A stretch of 52,102 nucleotides of DNA from Rickettsiales bacterium (GTDB taxonomy: Bacteria > Pseudomonadota > Alphaproteobacteria > Rs-D84). This document shows positions 43,098-52,102 of the stretch, one piece after another (position 1 is the stretch's first letter; every line of letters starts with the position of its first letter). The stretch is taken from positions 74,167 to 126,268 of the forward strand of contig JAITQO010000016.1 in the NCBI GenBank assembly GCA_031288835.1, written 5' to 3'. The translations under genes were made by a program, and so were the position numbers. The notes beneath the pieces were generated by a model, which saw nothing but the letters and a program-made list of their open reading frames with translations, was not told the DNA's origin and did no database searches.

Positions 43098-44870
43098 TTA
43101 TTTCAGCACAAAGTGAACGTTGATTTGCGGCTTTTTATCAAAGCCGAACGCGTCTTTGGTGATTTTGTGAATCACGGAGACGACTTCGTTTTCAATGTTC
43201 TTTTGGTCTTTGCGCGCCTTTTTGGTCATGCCGTCCACCGCCTTTCGTATTTCCATCTGAATCTGGCGCCGCATGATTCCGTGCGGGTCTGTCTCGAAAA
43301 TCCCGGACGAAGACACTTCGGGCACGCCCTTCAGGAACCCTTTCTTGTCGACCGACATGGTCACGAACACCGCGCCGTTAAGAAGCATTTTCCGACGCGC
43401 CTTGAACACCGGCGAATCGCCCGCGTGCTCGGTGTCGCCCTCGATGACGATAAATCCGGTTTTTATGGTTTCGGAGACATACGGCGCGTCGCCCCGCCGC
43501 AGCACCACCACGTCGCCGTTTTTAACCAGCATCATGTTCTTCGCGCCGCCGCGTTCCATCGCCATTTTCGCGTTCAGCATTTCCGCGACGTATTCGCCAT
43601 GCATCGGAATTATTGTCGCCGGATGAGCCATATCGTAGAATCGCTCGAACTCCGGCCGGCCGGCGTGCCCGTTCGCGTGCAGTTTTTCGGTGTCGAAAAT
43701 CGTCCGCGTCGCTATGCCGAGCTTTGCCAGCTTGTTATACAGGAACGATACGTCTTTCTCGCGCCCGGGTATTATGATTGCCGAAAAAACCACCGTGTCG
43801 GTCGACTGCAGCTTCAACTCCCTGACCTGGCCTTGGACAAGCCTGGTCAGCATAGCGTATTTTTCCCCCTGCGAGCCGGTCAGAAAAATCGCCTGCCTTT
43901 CCGCCGGCAAATCCTTGACGTCCTTATACAGCAGCAAATCCTCGACGCCGAGATATCCGTATTCGATTCCTATTTCCCGGAACTCGGGCAGGCCGACATA
44001 CGGCACGGCCTTGGACGACGAGCGCTCCTTGATTGCCGGAACGCGCCCGGCGCGCCGCGCCGCGTCCGCGAATTGCTTCAGCCGCGCGATGCTGCGCGAA
44101 TATCCCGTGACAAACACGCGCCCCGGCGCCTTTTCCATAACCGATTCCAAAGTCACGCCGACTTCGGCCTCCGTCGTCTGCGGCGGCTGGCGCGATATTT
44201 CGGTCGAATCGCACACGCATGCCAGCAGGTCGGGGTCTCTGCCCAATTCCTCCAGCCGCGCATAGTTCGTCTTCGCCTCAATCGGATTATCGTCGTTGAA
44301 CGTCCAGTCGCCAGTGTGCAGGATTTTTCCCTGCTCCGTCTTGATGACAATCATGTTCGCCTCGGGCACCGAATGCGACACGTGGAACGTTTCGATGTCG
44401 AACGGGCCAACCTGAAAATTATCGCCTTCGTGGCTGAATCGGACGAATATGTTCGGCGAAAAGTCAATCTCCGCGCCGCGGAACACCTTGGTCATGAAGT
44501 TCTTTACGAACCGCGTGCAATAAATCGGACAACGAAACTTCGGCCAAATGTATTTCAATCCGCCGGTATGGTCTTCGTGCCCGTGCGTTATTATGATTCC
44601 GACGACGTCTTTTTTGTGCTTTTCCAAATACGACGTGTCGCAATAGCGCGTGTCCGCGCCCTCGTATTCTCCGTCCAGAAATCCCATGCCGCAGTCGACC
44701 ACAAGATATTTGCCCTTGTATTTGTAGACATACATGTTCTGCCCGACGTGCTCCAGCCCGCCCAGCGCGAAAAACTGCACCGCGTCATCCGACACTTTTT
44801 TATGCCTGGGCTCCTTCGGCTCCTTTGCCGCGCCGACCGTTTCTTTCTTCTTTTCCTTTACCCTTACCAT
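43098..44870 (-). CDS. rnj: Ribonuclease J
   Basis: FFALGGLEHVGQNMYV, ITHGHEDHTGG (HxHxDH) and a beta-CASP layout. Confidence 0.9.
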   Translation of the reverse strand: MVRVKEKKKETVGAAKEPKEPRHKKVSDDAVQFFALGGLEHVGQNMYVYKYKGKYLVVDCGMGFLDGEYEGADTRYCDTSYLEKHKKDVVGIIITHGHEDHTGGLKYIWPKFRCPIYCTRFVKNFMTKVFRGAEIDFSPNIFVRFSHEGDNFQVGPFDIETFHVSHSVPEANMIVIKTEQGKILHTGDWTFNDDNPIEAKTNYARLEELGRDPDLLACVCDSTEISRQPPQTTEAEVGVTLESVMEKAPGRVFVTGYSRSIARLKQFADAARRAGRVPAIKERSSSKAVPYVGLPEFREIGIEYGYLGVEDLLLYKDVKDLPAERQAIFLTGSQGEKYAMLTRLVQGQVRELKLQSTDTVVFSAIIIPGREKDVSFLYNKLAKLGIATRTIFDTEKLHANGHAGRPEFERFYDMAHPATIIPMHGEYVAEMLNAKMAMERGGAKNMMLVKNGDVVVLRRGDAPYVSETIKTGFIVIEGDTEHAGDSPVFKARRKMLLNGAVFVTMSVDKKGFLKGVPEVSSSGIFETDPHGIMRRQIQMEIRKAVDGMTKKARKDQKNIENEVVSVIHKITKDAFGFDKKPQINVHFVLK

Positions 44871-44872
44871 TT

Positions 44873-45502
44873 TTATTTTTTGCCTTTATTTATGAACTCT
44901 GCGATTTTTCCATATTTTCCCGACAGCGTTTCGCCAGAGTTCAAAACGAAATCGCCGGGGGCTAATTTTATTTCCGCCAGTTTTCGGCCGTCCCATTCGG
45001 CGCCGGAAACCGCGTCGCGCGCGGCGGCGCACAATTCCAAGAACGCGCCCGAGTCGATTGCGACAACGCCGTCCACCTCGCCGTCCGTGAATCGGAATTG
45101 TTTCCAAAAATCCGCGTCGCCGCCGGAGAGCAGGGCGCAGCAGACGTTCGCGAACACGCGGTCGATAATCGGCGTTCCGTCCTTCTTTTTCATGTCCGCA
45201 ACCCAGACGATTTCGTCCACAAACTCGGCGCCTTCAATCTTTAATCCTATTTCTTGGGCGATTTCGCGTTCGAACGCCTGTTTCAGCGTCTCGCCCGCCG
45301 ACACGTGCCCGCTGGCGGTTGTGTAGAGTTTTCCCGCGTTGTTGTCGAGGTTCCGCGAACGGCGCTGAAAAATGATTTTTCCGTCGACTCCAATCCAGCA
45401 ATGCACAGTTCTGTGCCACAATCCCGCGGCATGAACGACATTCCTGTCCGCCGTGCCCAACAATTTTCGATTCGCGTCATAAACGTCCAGCATTTCCGCC
45501 AT
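44873..45502 (-). CDS. NUDIX hydrolase
   Basis: Nudix box GHVSAGETLKQAFEREIAQEIGL. Start at MAEMLDVYD (45502). Ends 2 nt before the rnj start. Confidence 0.85.
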   Translation of the reverse strand: MAEMLDVYDANRKLLGTADRNVVHAAGLWHRTVHCWIGVDGKIIFQRRSRNLDNNAGKLYTTASGHVSAGETLKQAFEREIAQEIGLKIEGAEFVDEIVWVADMKKKDGTPIIDRVFANVCCALLSGGDADFWKQFRFTDGEVDGVVAIDSGAFLELCAAARDAVSGAEWDGRKLAEIKLAPGDFVLNSGETLSGKYGKIAEFINKGKK

Positions 45503-45631
45503 TTTATTTCCCCTTGTTCTTCCCCAACGGTATTTCGAAAAGCAGCGTCGGAAGCGGGCATATATAAAGAATCCTGTTTTTCCGGTCATAGTATGCCCCG
45601 ACCCAAATATCATACCAAGCAAACTTTATCC

Positions 45632-47365
45632 TCATTCCGCGCCCCCTATCACCGCCTTGATTCTGCGGACGCCCGCGGCGGACGACTCCTCCTTCACAAT
45701 CTTGAAGCGCCCGATGTCGCCCGTGTTTTCGACGTGCGGGCCGCCGCAGATTTCCATGTCGTATCCTTCGATTGTGTATACCTTGACCATTCCGCCGTAT
45801 TTGTCGTCGAATATTCCGACGGCACCCGACGCGCGCGCCCGGCCGATGGGCAGGTTTTCGCAGACGACGGGGATTTTTTTATCAATCGCGTCGTTGACGA
45901 TTTCCTCAACCTTTGCGATTTCTTCCGGCGTCAGTTTTCTGTCGAACGAGAAGTCGAACCGCGTCCGTTCGGCCGTGATGTTCGCGCCGCGCTGAAACAC
46001 CGATTCGCCCAGCACTTTGCGCAGCGCGCCGTGCAGCAGGTGCGTAGCCGTGTGCAGCTTTGTCGTTTCGACGCTGTTGTCCGCGAGGCCGCCTTTGAAC
46101 TTCTGTTCGGCGCCCGCCCGCGATTTCTCCTGGTGCTCGGCGAACAATCTGTCGAATCCGGCCTTGTCGACGGAGATATTGCGTTCGGCCGCCAGTTCCT
46201 GCGTTAATTCCAGCGGAAATCCGTAGGTATCGTATAAATGGAACACATTTTCGGCGTTCAATTCGCCGTTTTCTATGTATTTTTTCGCGATGCGGAGACC
46301 GGTTTCGAGCGTGCGGCCGAACAATTCCTCCTCGCGTTCCAGCTGTCTGGCGACAAAATCTCGATTGCGCGCCAATTCCGGATAAACGTCGCCATAGTTT
46401 TCGATAACGACCTCGGCAATTTGGCGCATTGCAAGTTTCGGCGCACCCAGTTGATTCAGGTAGCGATACGCGCGGCGAATCAGTCGGCGCAAAATATAGC
46501 CCTGGTCCACGTTCGACGGGCCGACCGCCTTGTCGTCGCCCAAAATGAACGTCGCGGCGCGCATGTGGTCGGCGATAATGCGGAATGCGCGCAATGTCGC
46601 GTCTTCGCCATACTTTTTGCCGGTCGATTTTTCTATTTTTTTGATAATCGGGACAAAAAGCTCCGTGTCGAATACGCTTTCCGCGCCGGTAAGAACCGCC
46701 AGAGTGCGTTCCAATCCCAGCCCGGTATCCACGTTTTTTTGAGACAAAGAGGTGTATTTCCCATCCGCGTCCTTGTAATATTGCATAAAGACGTCGTTCC
46801 AAATCTCCACTTTTTCCTTGCCGGTGCCATAGAACATTTCGGTGTCGGGCCCGCAGGGTCCCGTTGTTCCGGCAGGGCCCCACCAGTTGTCGGCCTTCGG
46901 CAGAAAACTAATTCGTCCGTCCGGATAGCCCAGCGACCGCCACGCGTCCGCCGCCTCGTCGTCGCGCGGCGCGTCGGCGTCGCCCACAAAACACGTCACG
47001 GAAATCTTTTCCTGCGGGATTTTCAGAACTTCGGTCAGAAATTCATGGCTCATTTCCACCGCTTCTTTCTTGAAATAGTCGCCGAGAGACCAGTTGCCCA
47101 TCATTTCGAAGAACGTCAGGTGCGTGGCGTCGCCGACCTCGTCGATGTCTCCGGTGCGGAGGCACTTTTGACAGTCCACCAGGCGTTTGCCCATCGGATG
47201 CGGCTCGCCAAGCAGATACGGCACCAAGGGATGCATTCCGGCCGTCGTGAACAAGACGCTCGGGTCGTTTTCCGGTATCAGGGACGCGGACGGAATTTCC
47301 CTGTGCCCCCGCGCCGAAAAAAAGTCTATATAAAGTCTCCGCAATTCTTTTGCCGTCATTTTCAT
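45632..47365 (-). CDS. alaS: Alanine--tRNA ligase, compact form (577 aa)
   Basis: [24 protein letters not shown], and editing-domain HTATHLLH and CGGPHV. The protein ends about 20 aa after the editing domain, so there is no C-Ala domain. Confidence 0.9.
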   Translation of the reverse strand: MKMTAKELRRLYIDFFSARGHREIPSASLIPENDPSVLFTTAGMHPLVPYLLGEPHPMGKRLVDCQKCLRTGDIDEVGDATHLTFFEMMGNWSLGDYFKKEAVEMSHEFLTEVLKIPQEKISVTCFVGDADAPRDDEAADAWRSLGYPDGRISFLPKADNWWGPAGTTGPCGPDTEMFYGTGKEKVEIWNDVFMQYYKDADGKYTSLSQKNVDTGLGLERTLAVLTGAESVFDTELFVPIIKKIEKSTGKKYGEDATLRAFRIIADHMRAATFILGDDKAVGPSNVDQGYILRRLIRRAYRYLNQLGAPKLAMRQIAEVVIENYGDVYPELARNRDFVARQLEREEELFGRTLETGLRIAKKYIENGELNAENVFHLYDTYGFPLELTQELAAERNISVDKAGFDRLFAEHQEKSRAGAEQKFKGGLADNSVETTKLHTATHLLHGALRKVLGESVFQRGANITAERTRFDFSFDRKLTPEEIAKVEEIVNDAIDKKIPVVCENLPIGRARASGAVGIFDDKYGGMVKVYTIEGYDMEICGGPHVENTGDIGRFKIVKEESSAAGVRRIKAVIGGAE

Positions 47366-47471
47366 TCCTCTGCAATTCGGCGCATTCTACTAATTATACG
47401 CGGAGATGTCAAACTTAGTTTAAACCTGGCGCGGGACAACATAATTCGTTTTACTTTTCAGATTTTTATAT

Positions 47472-47477
47472 TATAAT
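47472..47477 (+). promoter_or_regulatory. -10 box TATAAT for leader L3
   Basis: TATTATAAT about 205 nt upstream of the PAP2 paralogue 2 start. Confidence 0.4.
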
Positions 47478-47483
47478 GGATAT

Positions 47484-47682
47484 TGATGCAAGCTGGTTGC
47501 CTGTGTTGGGGTGTAGTTACCTCGCAGAAAGCGTCCGTAGACGATAAATACTCCTTATGCCATGGCAAGGAGGGTGACAGAATAAATCGAATATGTCACA
47601 CAATTCTTTCTGATTGTAACTAACCTCCTGCCACCAGAACCATTCCGGTGGCTTTTAATTCCGCCGGCAAAGGAGGCGCAAT
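47484..47682 (+). promoter_or_regulatory. Structured 5' leader copy L3 (upstream of second PAP2 phosphatase)
   Basis: GCGTCCGTAGACG hairpin. ATACTCCTTATGCC-ATGG-CAAGGAG P1 (47551-47572). P2 GTGACA-GAATAAATCGAATA-TGTCAC (47574-47599). GATTGTAACTAACCTCCTGCC (47624-47632) overlaps terminator GCCACC-AGAACCATTCC-GGTGGC plus TTTT (47630-47656). The real RBS GGCAAAGGAGG mimics the P1 3' arm. Confidence 0.72.
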
Positions 47683-48231
47683 ATGTCCGTCAAAAAAAAC
47701 GTATTTGTCATATTGCCGCTTATCGCGGCGATAAGCGGGGCCGAGGCGCGCAAAAATCCCTATGCCGCGGAAATAATGAAAATCGGCGATTTTATAAAAA
47801 ATATTTCTTGGGTATACGCATACGGAACCGCACTGTATCACCGCGACAAGCTGGGCGCGCTGGAATATTTCGTCGCCGACGGGCTTGCGAGGCAAACGTC
47901 TTCGTTCCTGAAACGCAATGTCGATGAATCAAGGCCGGACAAATCGCAAAACGACAGTTTTCCTTCGGGGCATGCGACAACCGCCTTTTCAATGGCGACC
48001 TTCATCCACGCGAGATATGGGATTGAAGAAGCAATCGTTCCGTATGTAATGGCGACATACGTCGGATTTTCGCGGGTATACGGCAGGCGCCATTATATTC
48101 ACGACGTGGTCGCCGGCGCGGCCATCGCCGGCATGTTTTCATGGATAATCGCGGACAAATATCCAGACAAAAAAATAACGCTGTCGGCTGATTCGGAACA
48201 TGTGTATCTGGGATTTTCAACAATGTTTTAA
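47683..48231 (+). CDS. PAP2-family phosphatase with signal peptide (paralogue 2)
   Basis: SRPDKSQNDSFPSGHATTAF ... SRVYGRRHYIHDV. 182 aa, with the same architecture and C-terminal F as 13235..13765. Confidence 0.85.
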   Translation: MSVKKNVFVILPLIAAISGAEARKNPYAAEIMKIGDFIKNISWVYAYGTALYHRDKLGALEYFVADGLARQTSSFLKRNVDESRPDKSQNDSFPSGHATTAFSMATFIHARYGIEEAIVPYVMATYVGFSRVYGRRHYIHDVVAGAAIAGMFSWIIADKYPDKKITLSADSEHVYLGFSTMF

Positions 48232-48286
48232 TTCGGAATAATGCATGGCCGGCTTGCAACTTATGATTCATAACTTGTAATTTTTA

Positions 48287-48295
48287 TGCTATAAT
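48287..48295 (+). promoter_or_regulatory. Extended -10 promoter (TGCTATAAT), probably giving a leaderless mRNA
   Basis: TATAAT ends at 48295 and the ATG at 48302 lies 7 nt downstream, with no SD. Confidence 0.45.
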
Positions 48296-48301
48296 ATGGG
48301 C

Positions 48302-48793
48302 ATGAAAATCAAGAATCTGATTTTGCTGTGGTGCCTGCTTGGAATCGCAATCATAGTGGCGTCCACGAACGGATTCCAACTGCGTCCGTCCCAGCCCATA
48401 GCGCTGTCCGATTCGGTGGCGGGAACGGCATTGTTCGTATGCCCCGCGGCAAGCCCTGGATTCGAAAGCGCGGCCAAGGAATTGGGCGTTTACAGGCAGG
48501 CGCTATCAATCGCATTCATGTTTCTCGCGCTATTGTGGGCGGCGCTGACGGCGTGGGCAGTATATGTTTCCCTTTTGAATGACAAGTTCGAGCACAAACC
48601 CTATGAAATTCCCATATTTCTGGCAAAATTTTTGATTTTCTCGTTCGTTTTGGCGATAATCATGCTGAAAACCCCGAATCATTTCCGCCGCGTGTTCGTC
48701 CAGGGCGCGGAAGGCGCGTGGGTTTTGTGCGAAAGAGACACCCCCGGCGCGAAGGCGGTGCGGCAAGAGGCGGTGTTTGCGGACGGAAAATAA
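48302..48793 (+). CDS. Membrane protein (3-4 TM), hypothetical
   Basis: MKIKNLILLWCLLGIAIIVA. The track start at 48296 sits inside the promoter spacing, so 48302 is preferred. Confidence 0.6.
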   Translation: MKIKNLILLWCLLGIAIIVASTNGFQLRPSQPIALSDSVAGTALFVCPAASPGFESAAKELGVYRQALSIAFMFLALLWAALTAWAVYVSLLNDKFEHKPYEIPIFLAKFLIFSFVLAIIMLKTPNHFRRVFVQGAEGAWVLCERDTPGAKAVRQEAVFADGK

Positions 48794-48874
48794 ATCTATT
48801 GACAGAAAGTCTAAAAATCTGCAAGAATTGCGGCAAGAAGCAAATAAATTGTTTCTACATAAAGGAGAAAAAAC

Positions 48875-49147
48875 ATGAATAAAGCAGAACTGATAGAAGC
48901 AATTGCCAGCGAGATTGATTCGTCCAAGGCGATTGCCGGCGGCGCATTGGATGCCTTCATCAACATCGTCACAAAGACGTTGAAAAAGAAGGGCGAGGTC
49001 CGCCTGGTCGGATTCGGAACATTCACAACGTCAAAACGCAAGGCGACGACGGGACGCAACCCGCAGACCGGAGCGGCAATCAAAATCGCGGCGACCGTGC
49101 AGCCGAAGTTCAAGGCCGGAAAGGCGCTGAAAGACGCCCTGAATTAA
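48875..49147 (+). CDS. hup: HU-family DNA-binding protein
   Basis: [11 protein letters not shown] ... GFGTF ... [11 protein letters not shown] ... [13 protein letters not shown]. Confidence 0.93.
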   Translation: MNKAELIEAIASEIDSSKAIAGGALDAFINIVTKTLKKKGEVRLVGFGTFTTSKRKATTGRNPQTGAAIKIAATVQPKFKAGKALKDALN

Positions 49148-49170
49148 AAATCGCCGCGAGGCGATTTTTA
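49146..49170 (+). terminator. Intrinsic terminator after the HU gene
   Basis: AAAAATCGCC-GCGA-GGCGATTTTT, a symmetric hairpin flanked by A and T tracts. Confidence 0.75.
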
Positions 49171-49313
49171 ATTTAATGGTTAATAGCCCGATAATGGGCG
49201 GCGACAATATTTGCGCGCGTTTCCACGACTATTCGCCATCAAGCTGTCGGCCGCAAGACCCAATAATTATTTTCTTGAAAAACGGAATCAAATATGCAAA
49301 TATAGAAATCGCT

Positions 49314-49390
49314 GCGGGCGTAGCTCAGTTGATTAGAGCGCTACCTTGCCAAGGTAGAGGTCGAGGGTTTGAGCCCCTTTGCCCGCACCA
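49314..49390 (+). tRNA. tRNA-Gly (anticodon GCC)
   Basis: Acceptor GCGGGCG/TGCCCGC, anticodon stem CTACC/GGTAG with loop TTGCCAA, CCA encoded. Confidence 0.88.
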
Positions 49391-49472
49391 ATGTTTTCTC
49401 CGATTCCTGCCGGTTCTGCGACAGGAATCGGGGATTTTTTTGTTTATTTTTATCCCATTGTATTATTGAAAA

Positions 49473-49563
49473 TGGCGGAACGGGCGAGATTCGAACTCGC
49501 GATGCCCTTGCGGGCATACCACATTTCCAATGTGGCGCACTAGACCAACTATGCGACCGTTCC
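49473..49563 (-). tRNA. tRNA-Ser (anticodon GGA)
   Basis: Reverse strand acceptor GGAACGG/CCGTTCC, anticodon stem CCACA/TGTGG with loop TTGGAAA, long variable arm ATGCCCGCAAGGGCAT, T arm GCGAG-TTCGAAT-CTCGC, CCA encoded. Confidence 0.88.
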
Positions 49564-49567
49564 CTAA

Positions 49568-49972
49568 TTATTCGGATTGTGTTTCCACCGCCTCGGCCGT
49601 GCCTTCGGATTCCTCTTCCAAATCCTCGGCGGCTTCGATTTCTTCCTTCTTCGCCGCCTCGCCGGACAATTCTTCGTCCAGCTCCTTCAATTCCGGGGCG
49701 CTGGCGTCGGATTCCAAGGTATCGGCCGCATTATCGTCGACAACCGGAACCTTTTTATACGATTGGATGAACTCTCGCCGCAGGGCGTTGATGTTGAGCT
49801 TTCCGCTGGCGATTTCGCGCAGCGCGATAACCGGCGGCTTGTCCCCGTCCTTCATAGAAACCAGCGGCTGCTCGCCCCCGTTAAGGTCCCGGACGCGCTG
49901 TCCCGCCAGCATGCCGAGTTCATACTTGCTTTCCACGAACGACAAATCATCGGAAATAGTAATGCGTGCCAT
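49568..49972 (-). CDS. rpoZ: RNA polymerase subunit omega with acidic C-terminal tail
   Basis: MARITISDDL...SKYELGMLAGQRVRDL...DKPPVIALREIASGKL is an alpha-type RpoZ pattern. Start at 49972. Confidence 0.85.
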   Translation of the reverse strand: MARITISDDLSFVESKYELGMLAGQRVRDLNGGEQPLVSMKDGDKPPVIALREIASGKLNINALRREFIQSYKKVPVVDDNAADTLESDASAPELKELDEELSGEAAKKEEIEAAEDLEEESEGTAEAVETQSE

Positions 49973-50028
49973 ATCGCCCAACCCCTTGTTGCATTTGTTT
50001 TTTGCCGGATTATAATGGCACAATAAAA

Positions 50029-51096
50029 ATGAAAAATCAAGGAAAAATACAAATATGCGCGCTGGGATGCCGACTGAACGCGCTGGAGGCCGAGAAAATC
50101 CGCGCAATGCTGGACGCGACGGGCATGGGGCGCGCCGTTGTCATAAACACCTGTTCGGTCACCAACGAGGCGCAGAGGCAATCCCGGCAGGCGTTTCATA
50201 AAATCCTGCGCGAGAATCCCGGCGTTCCAATTTTCGTCACGGGATGCGGAGCAACGCTGAAACCCGGCGACTTTGCCGGCGCGACGGTTGTTTCCAACGA
50301 AGACAAGTTCAATCCGGCGGCATACGGACTGCGAATCGCGAATCGCGAACCGCGGGTCGCGAAATATGAAAAAATGCAAAAAAAGGGATTTGTGCAAATC
50401 GGCGACGGATGCGACCGGCGGTGCACATACTGCGTCACGCGGATTCTGCGGGGCGGGGCGAAAAGTTTCCCATACGACCGGATTATGGCGGACGCGCGCG
50501 CGCTGCTGGACAACGGGTATGAGGAAATCGTCCTGACAGGCGTGAATATCGCCGATTACAATGGAAAAGGGACAGGGAAAAAGGGATTGGATTTGGCGGG
50601 GCTTTGCCGGAAACTGCTGACGGATTTGCCGGAAATGAAGCGCCTGAGCCTGTCGTCGCTGGACCCTGCGGCGGACATCGAATCGATAATCGGTTTGATT
50701 GCCGGCGAACCGAGAATGACCCCGCATCTGCACCTGTCCGTGCAGAGCGGCAGCAATGAAATCCTGCGCAGAATGGCGCGGCGCCACACGCGCGAACGGA
50801 TTCGGGAAATCATGTCGCGGGCGCCTATTATCTCTTGTCCCTCGTCTCTTGTCCCTGATATAACCTTTTCGTGGGATATAATTTGCGGATTTCCGGGGGA
50901 AACCGAGGAAATGTTTGACGAGACGCTGGCGCTGGCGCGGGAATTGAGGCCTGTAAAAATCCATGCGTTTCCGTTTTCCGCGCGTCCCGGCACGCCCGCG
51001 GCGGACATGCCGGGTAAAATCCCACGCGCCGAAGCCAAGGAAAGGGTGCGGCGGCTTATTTTGCCGACCAGCGGGCAGGGGAATAAAATAGGATAA
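50029..51096 (+). CDS. mtaB: Radical-SAM methylthiotransferase (MtaB/MiaB family)
   Basis: ALGCRLNALEAE, INTCSVT and radical SAM GCDRRCTYCVTR. Start at MKNQGKIQI (50029). The antisense ORF 49852..51159 was rejected. Confidence 0.85.
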   Translation: MKNQGKIQICALGCRLNALEAEKIRAMLDATGMGRAVVINTCSVTNEAQRQSRQAFHKILRENPGVPIFVTGCGATLKPGDFAGATVVSNEDKFNPAAYGLRIANREPRVAKYEKMQKKGFVQIGDGCDRRCTYCVTRILRGGAKSFPYDRIMADARALLDNGYEEIVLTGVNIADYNGKGTGKKGLDLAGLCRKLLTDLPEMKRLSLSSLDPAADIESIIGLIAGEPRMTPHLHLSVQSGSNEILRRMARRHTRERIREIMSRAPIISCPSSLVPDITFSWDIICGFPGETEEMFDETLALARELRPVKIHAFPFSARPGTPAADMPGKIPRAEAKERVRRLILPTSGQGNKIG

Positions 51097-51171
51097 AAAA
51101 CTTGACAAATGGAATATATTTGTGTTAGAATTATGCTGGAAAACAAGAACCCAATTCAAAAAGGATTGACA

Positions 51172-51711
51172 ATGTTAAACAATAAACCGTCTGGCAATAA
51201 AAAACAGAAATCGTCGAATGTAAAGCCGATAATAGCGGGCTTCGGGATAGGTTTGATGACGTTTGCCGGATGCGGAGATAAAAACGGGGGCGGTATCACA
51301 AACCCGCCGGCATGCAATTGTCCGGATAAAATCCATGGCAACGCGCCATACGATTGCGGCGGCATAGATTGTGAATGTGAACAAAGATATTATACACTTA
51401 ATTGCGGAATTGTATTAGAAGATACGACGGGGCAGATTATTGCTTCCCATATTGAGATTATTAACGAAATTTTAGATGAGTGTGAGACAACAGGTATTAA
51501 TAATCTAATAAACAAGGGCATAAGAATAAAAGTTATATCAGGTAATTCCAATAGCAGAGATGGGGCTGAAATTAGTATAGGTATTGATAATTGGAATAAG
51601 GGAAAATTAGAAGAAATTTTAAGTGACAACTTTATTGAAATACTTTCTCATGTGAATAATTTTAATTCTAATATTCACCTTACAAAATGGAATCTAACGC
51701 CTCAAAAGTAG
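51172..51711 (+). CDS. Lipoprotein, hypothetical (AT-rich 3' half)
   Basis: Lipobox LMTFAGC, Cys-rich N-terminal segment CNCPDKIHGNAPYDCGGIDCEC. TTGACA-18-TAGAAT promoter-like at 51101-51130. Start at MLNNKPSG preferred. Confidence 0.55.
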   Translation: MLNNKPSGNKKQKSSNVKPIIAGFGIGLMTFAGCGDKNGGGITNPPACNCPDKIHGNAPYDCGGIDCECEQRYYTLNCGIVLEDTTGQIIASHIEIINEILDECETTGINNLINKGIRIKVISGNSNSRDGAEISIGIDNWNKGKLEEILSDNFIEILSHVNNFNSNIHLTKWNLTPQK

Positions 51712-51974
51712 GTTATGAGAGAATTGGCGTGGCAACGCAGCAAGGATGCGAAAACGATTGTTCGTAACCGTGTCTTCAATAATTATTTCCAAAGGGTGGG
51801 ATGGGCATAATCTGTATTGTATAATTTTTGTTTTAAATAGGTAAAAATGGAAAACGGCGCAGGCCTGTTTCCGTTTGGTAGCTGCCTGCGCGGCAATTCA
51901 AGGGCCCATGGCGGCTCGTAAATAGCCGGAATGTTAAACGCCATTTAGGTAGTCGAAAAGACAAGGAGGAAAAA

Positions 51975-52102
51975 ATGGAAAAAAAATTGTTTTGTTTTTT
52001 GTTTTTCGCGGTGGTTTTTGCGGGGTTTGTTTCAGCTCAGACCTATAGTGATTCTGAAGCAAGACAAATACTGCAAAATGCTGGTATCAGTGTTAATGCC
52101 TC
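51975..52102 (+). CDS. Secreted protein, N-terminal fragment (runs off the window)
   Basis: AAGGAGG SD 7 nt upstream. MEKKLFCFLFFAVVFAGFVSAQ signal peptide. Not in the track because there is no stop in the window. Confidence 0.5.
   Translation, partial: MEKKLFCFLFFAVVFAGFVSAQTYSDSEARQILQNAGISVNA

Noticed and set aside
43113-45326. 737-aa ORF on the + strand.
   Set aside because: It lies entirely antisense to the clearly recognisable RNase J and Nudix genes. Its sequence is Arg/His/Phe-rich and low-complexity with no motifs. This is a typical shadow ORF in GC-skewed coding DNA.
46238-47476. 412-aa + strand ORF.
   Set aside because: It is antisense to alaS.
49852-51159. 435-aa reverse-strand ORF.
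   Set aside because: It is antisense to the radical-SAM mtaB gene and overlaps rpoZ out of frame. It is Arg-rich with no motifs.

Overview
This 52.1-kb window is a chromosomal segment that looks alphaproteobacterial, probably from a reduced or host-associated lineage. Three things point that way: a circularly permuted two-piece tmRNA gene with an ANDN-type tag, a DUF1013/TrcR-like protein, and alpha-type RpoZ and RpoD. This placement is an inference; no database search was run.

The backbone is housekeeping genes: a dac-family carboxypeptidase, holB, tatD, smpB, pgpA, tgt, queA, nrnA, era, metG, rpoD, rpmB, pyrG, rnj, alaS, an HU protein, rpoZ and mtaB. There are seven tRNA genes. Small accessory islets sit between these:
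- a virB8-virB9 type IV secretion fragment at the left edge
- a tRNA-bracketed islet with a retropepsin-like protease pair and an HExxH protein
- several small secreted Cys-rich proteins
- two signal-peptide PAP2 phosphatase paralogues
- an orphan endolysin/spanin cassette
- a 918-aa autotransporter
- a roughly 930-aa repeat-rich protein
- a family of MITE-like repeats.

The most interesting signal lies outside the ORFs. A structured 5' leader of about 200 nt recurs five to six times: 5647-5830 (-), 6350-6528 (-), 13039-13234 (+), 17657-17901 (+), 47484-47682 (+), and a divergent copy at 29764-29946 (-). Each copy has:
- a P1 hairpin
- a second hairpin
- a C-rich segment that repeats the P1 5' arm, covaries with the P1 3' arm from locus to locus, and overlaps the 5' arm of an intrinsic terminator or the anti-SD.

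These leaders sit upstream of both PAP2 genes and of secreted Cys-rich proteins. I could not match them to any riboswitch class I know.

No rRNA genes or CRISPR arrays were seen. Many long ORFs in the track are antisense shadows of conserved genes and were rejected. Boundaries of RNA elements are eye estimates (about +/-10 nt).
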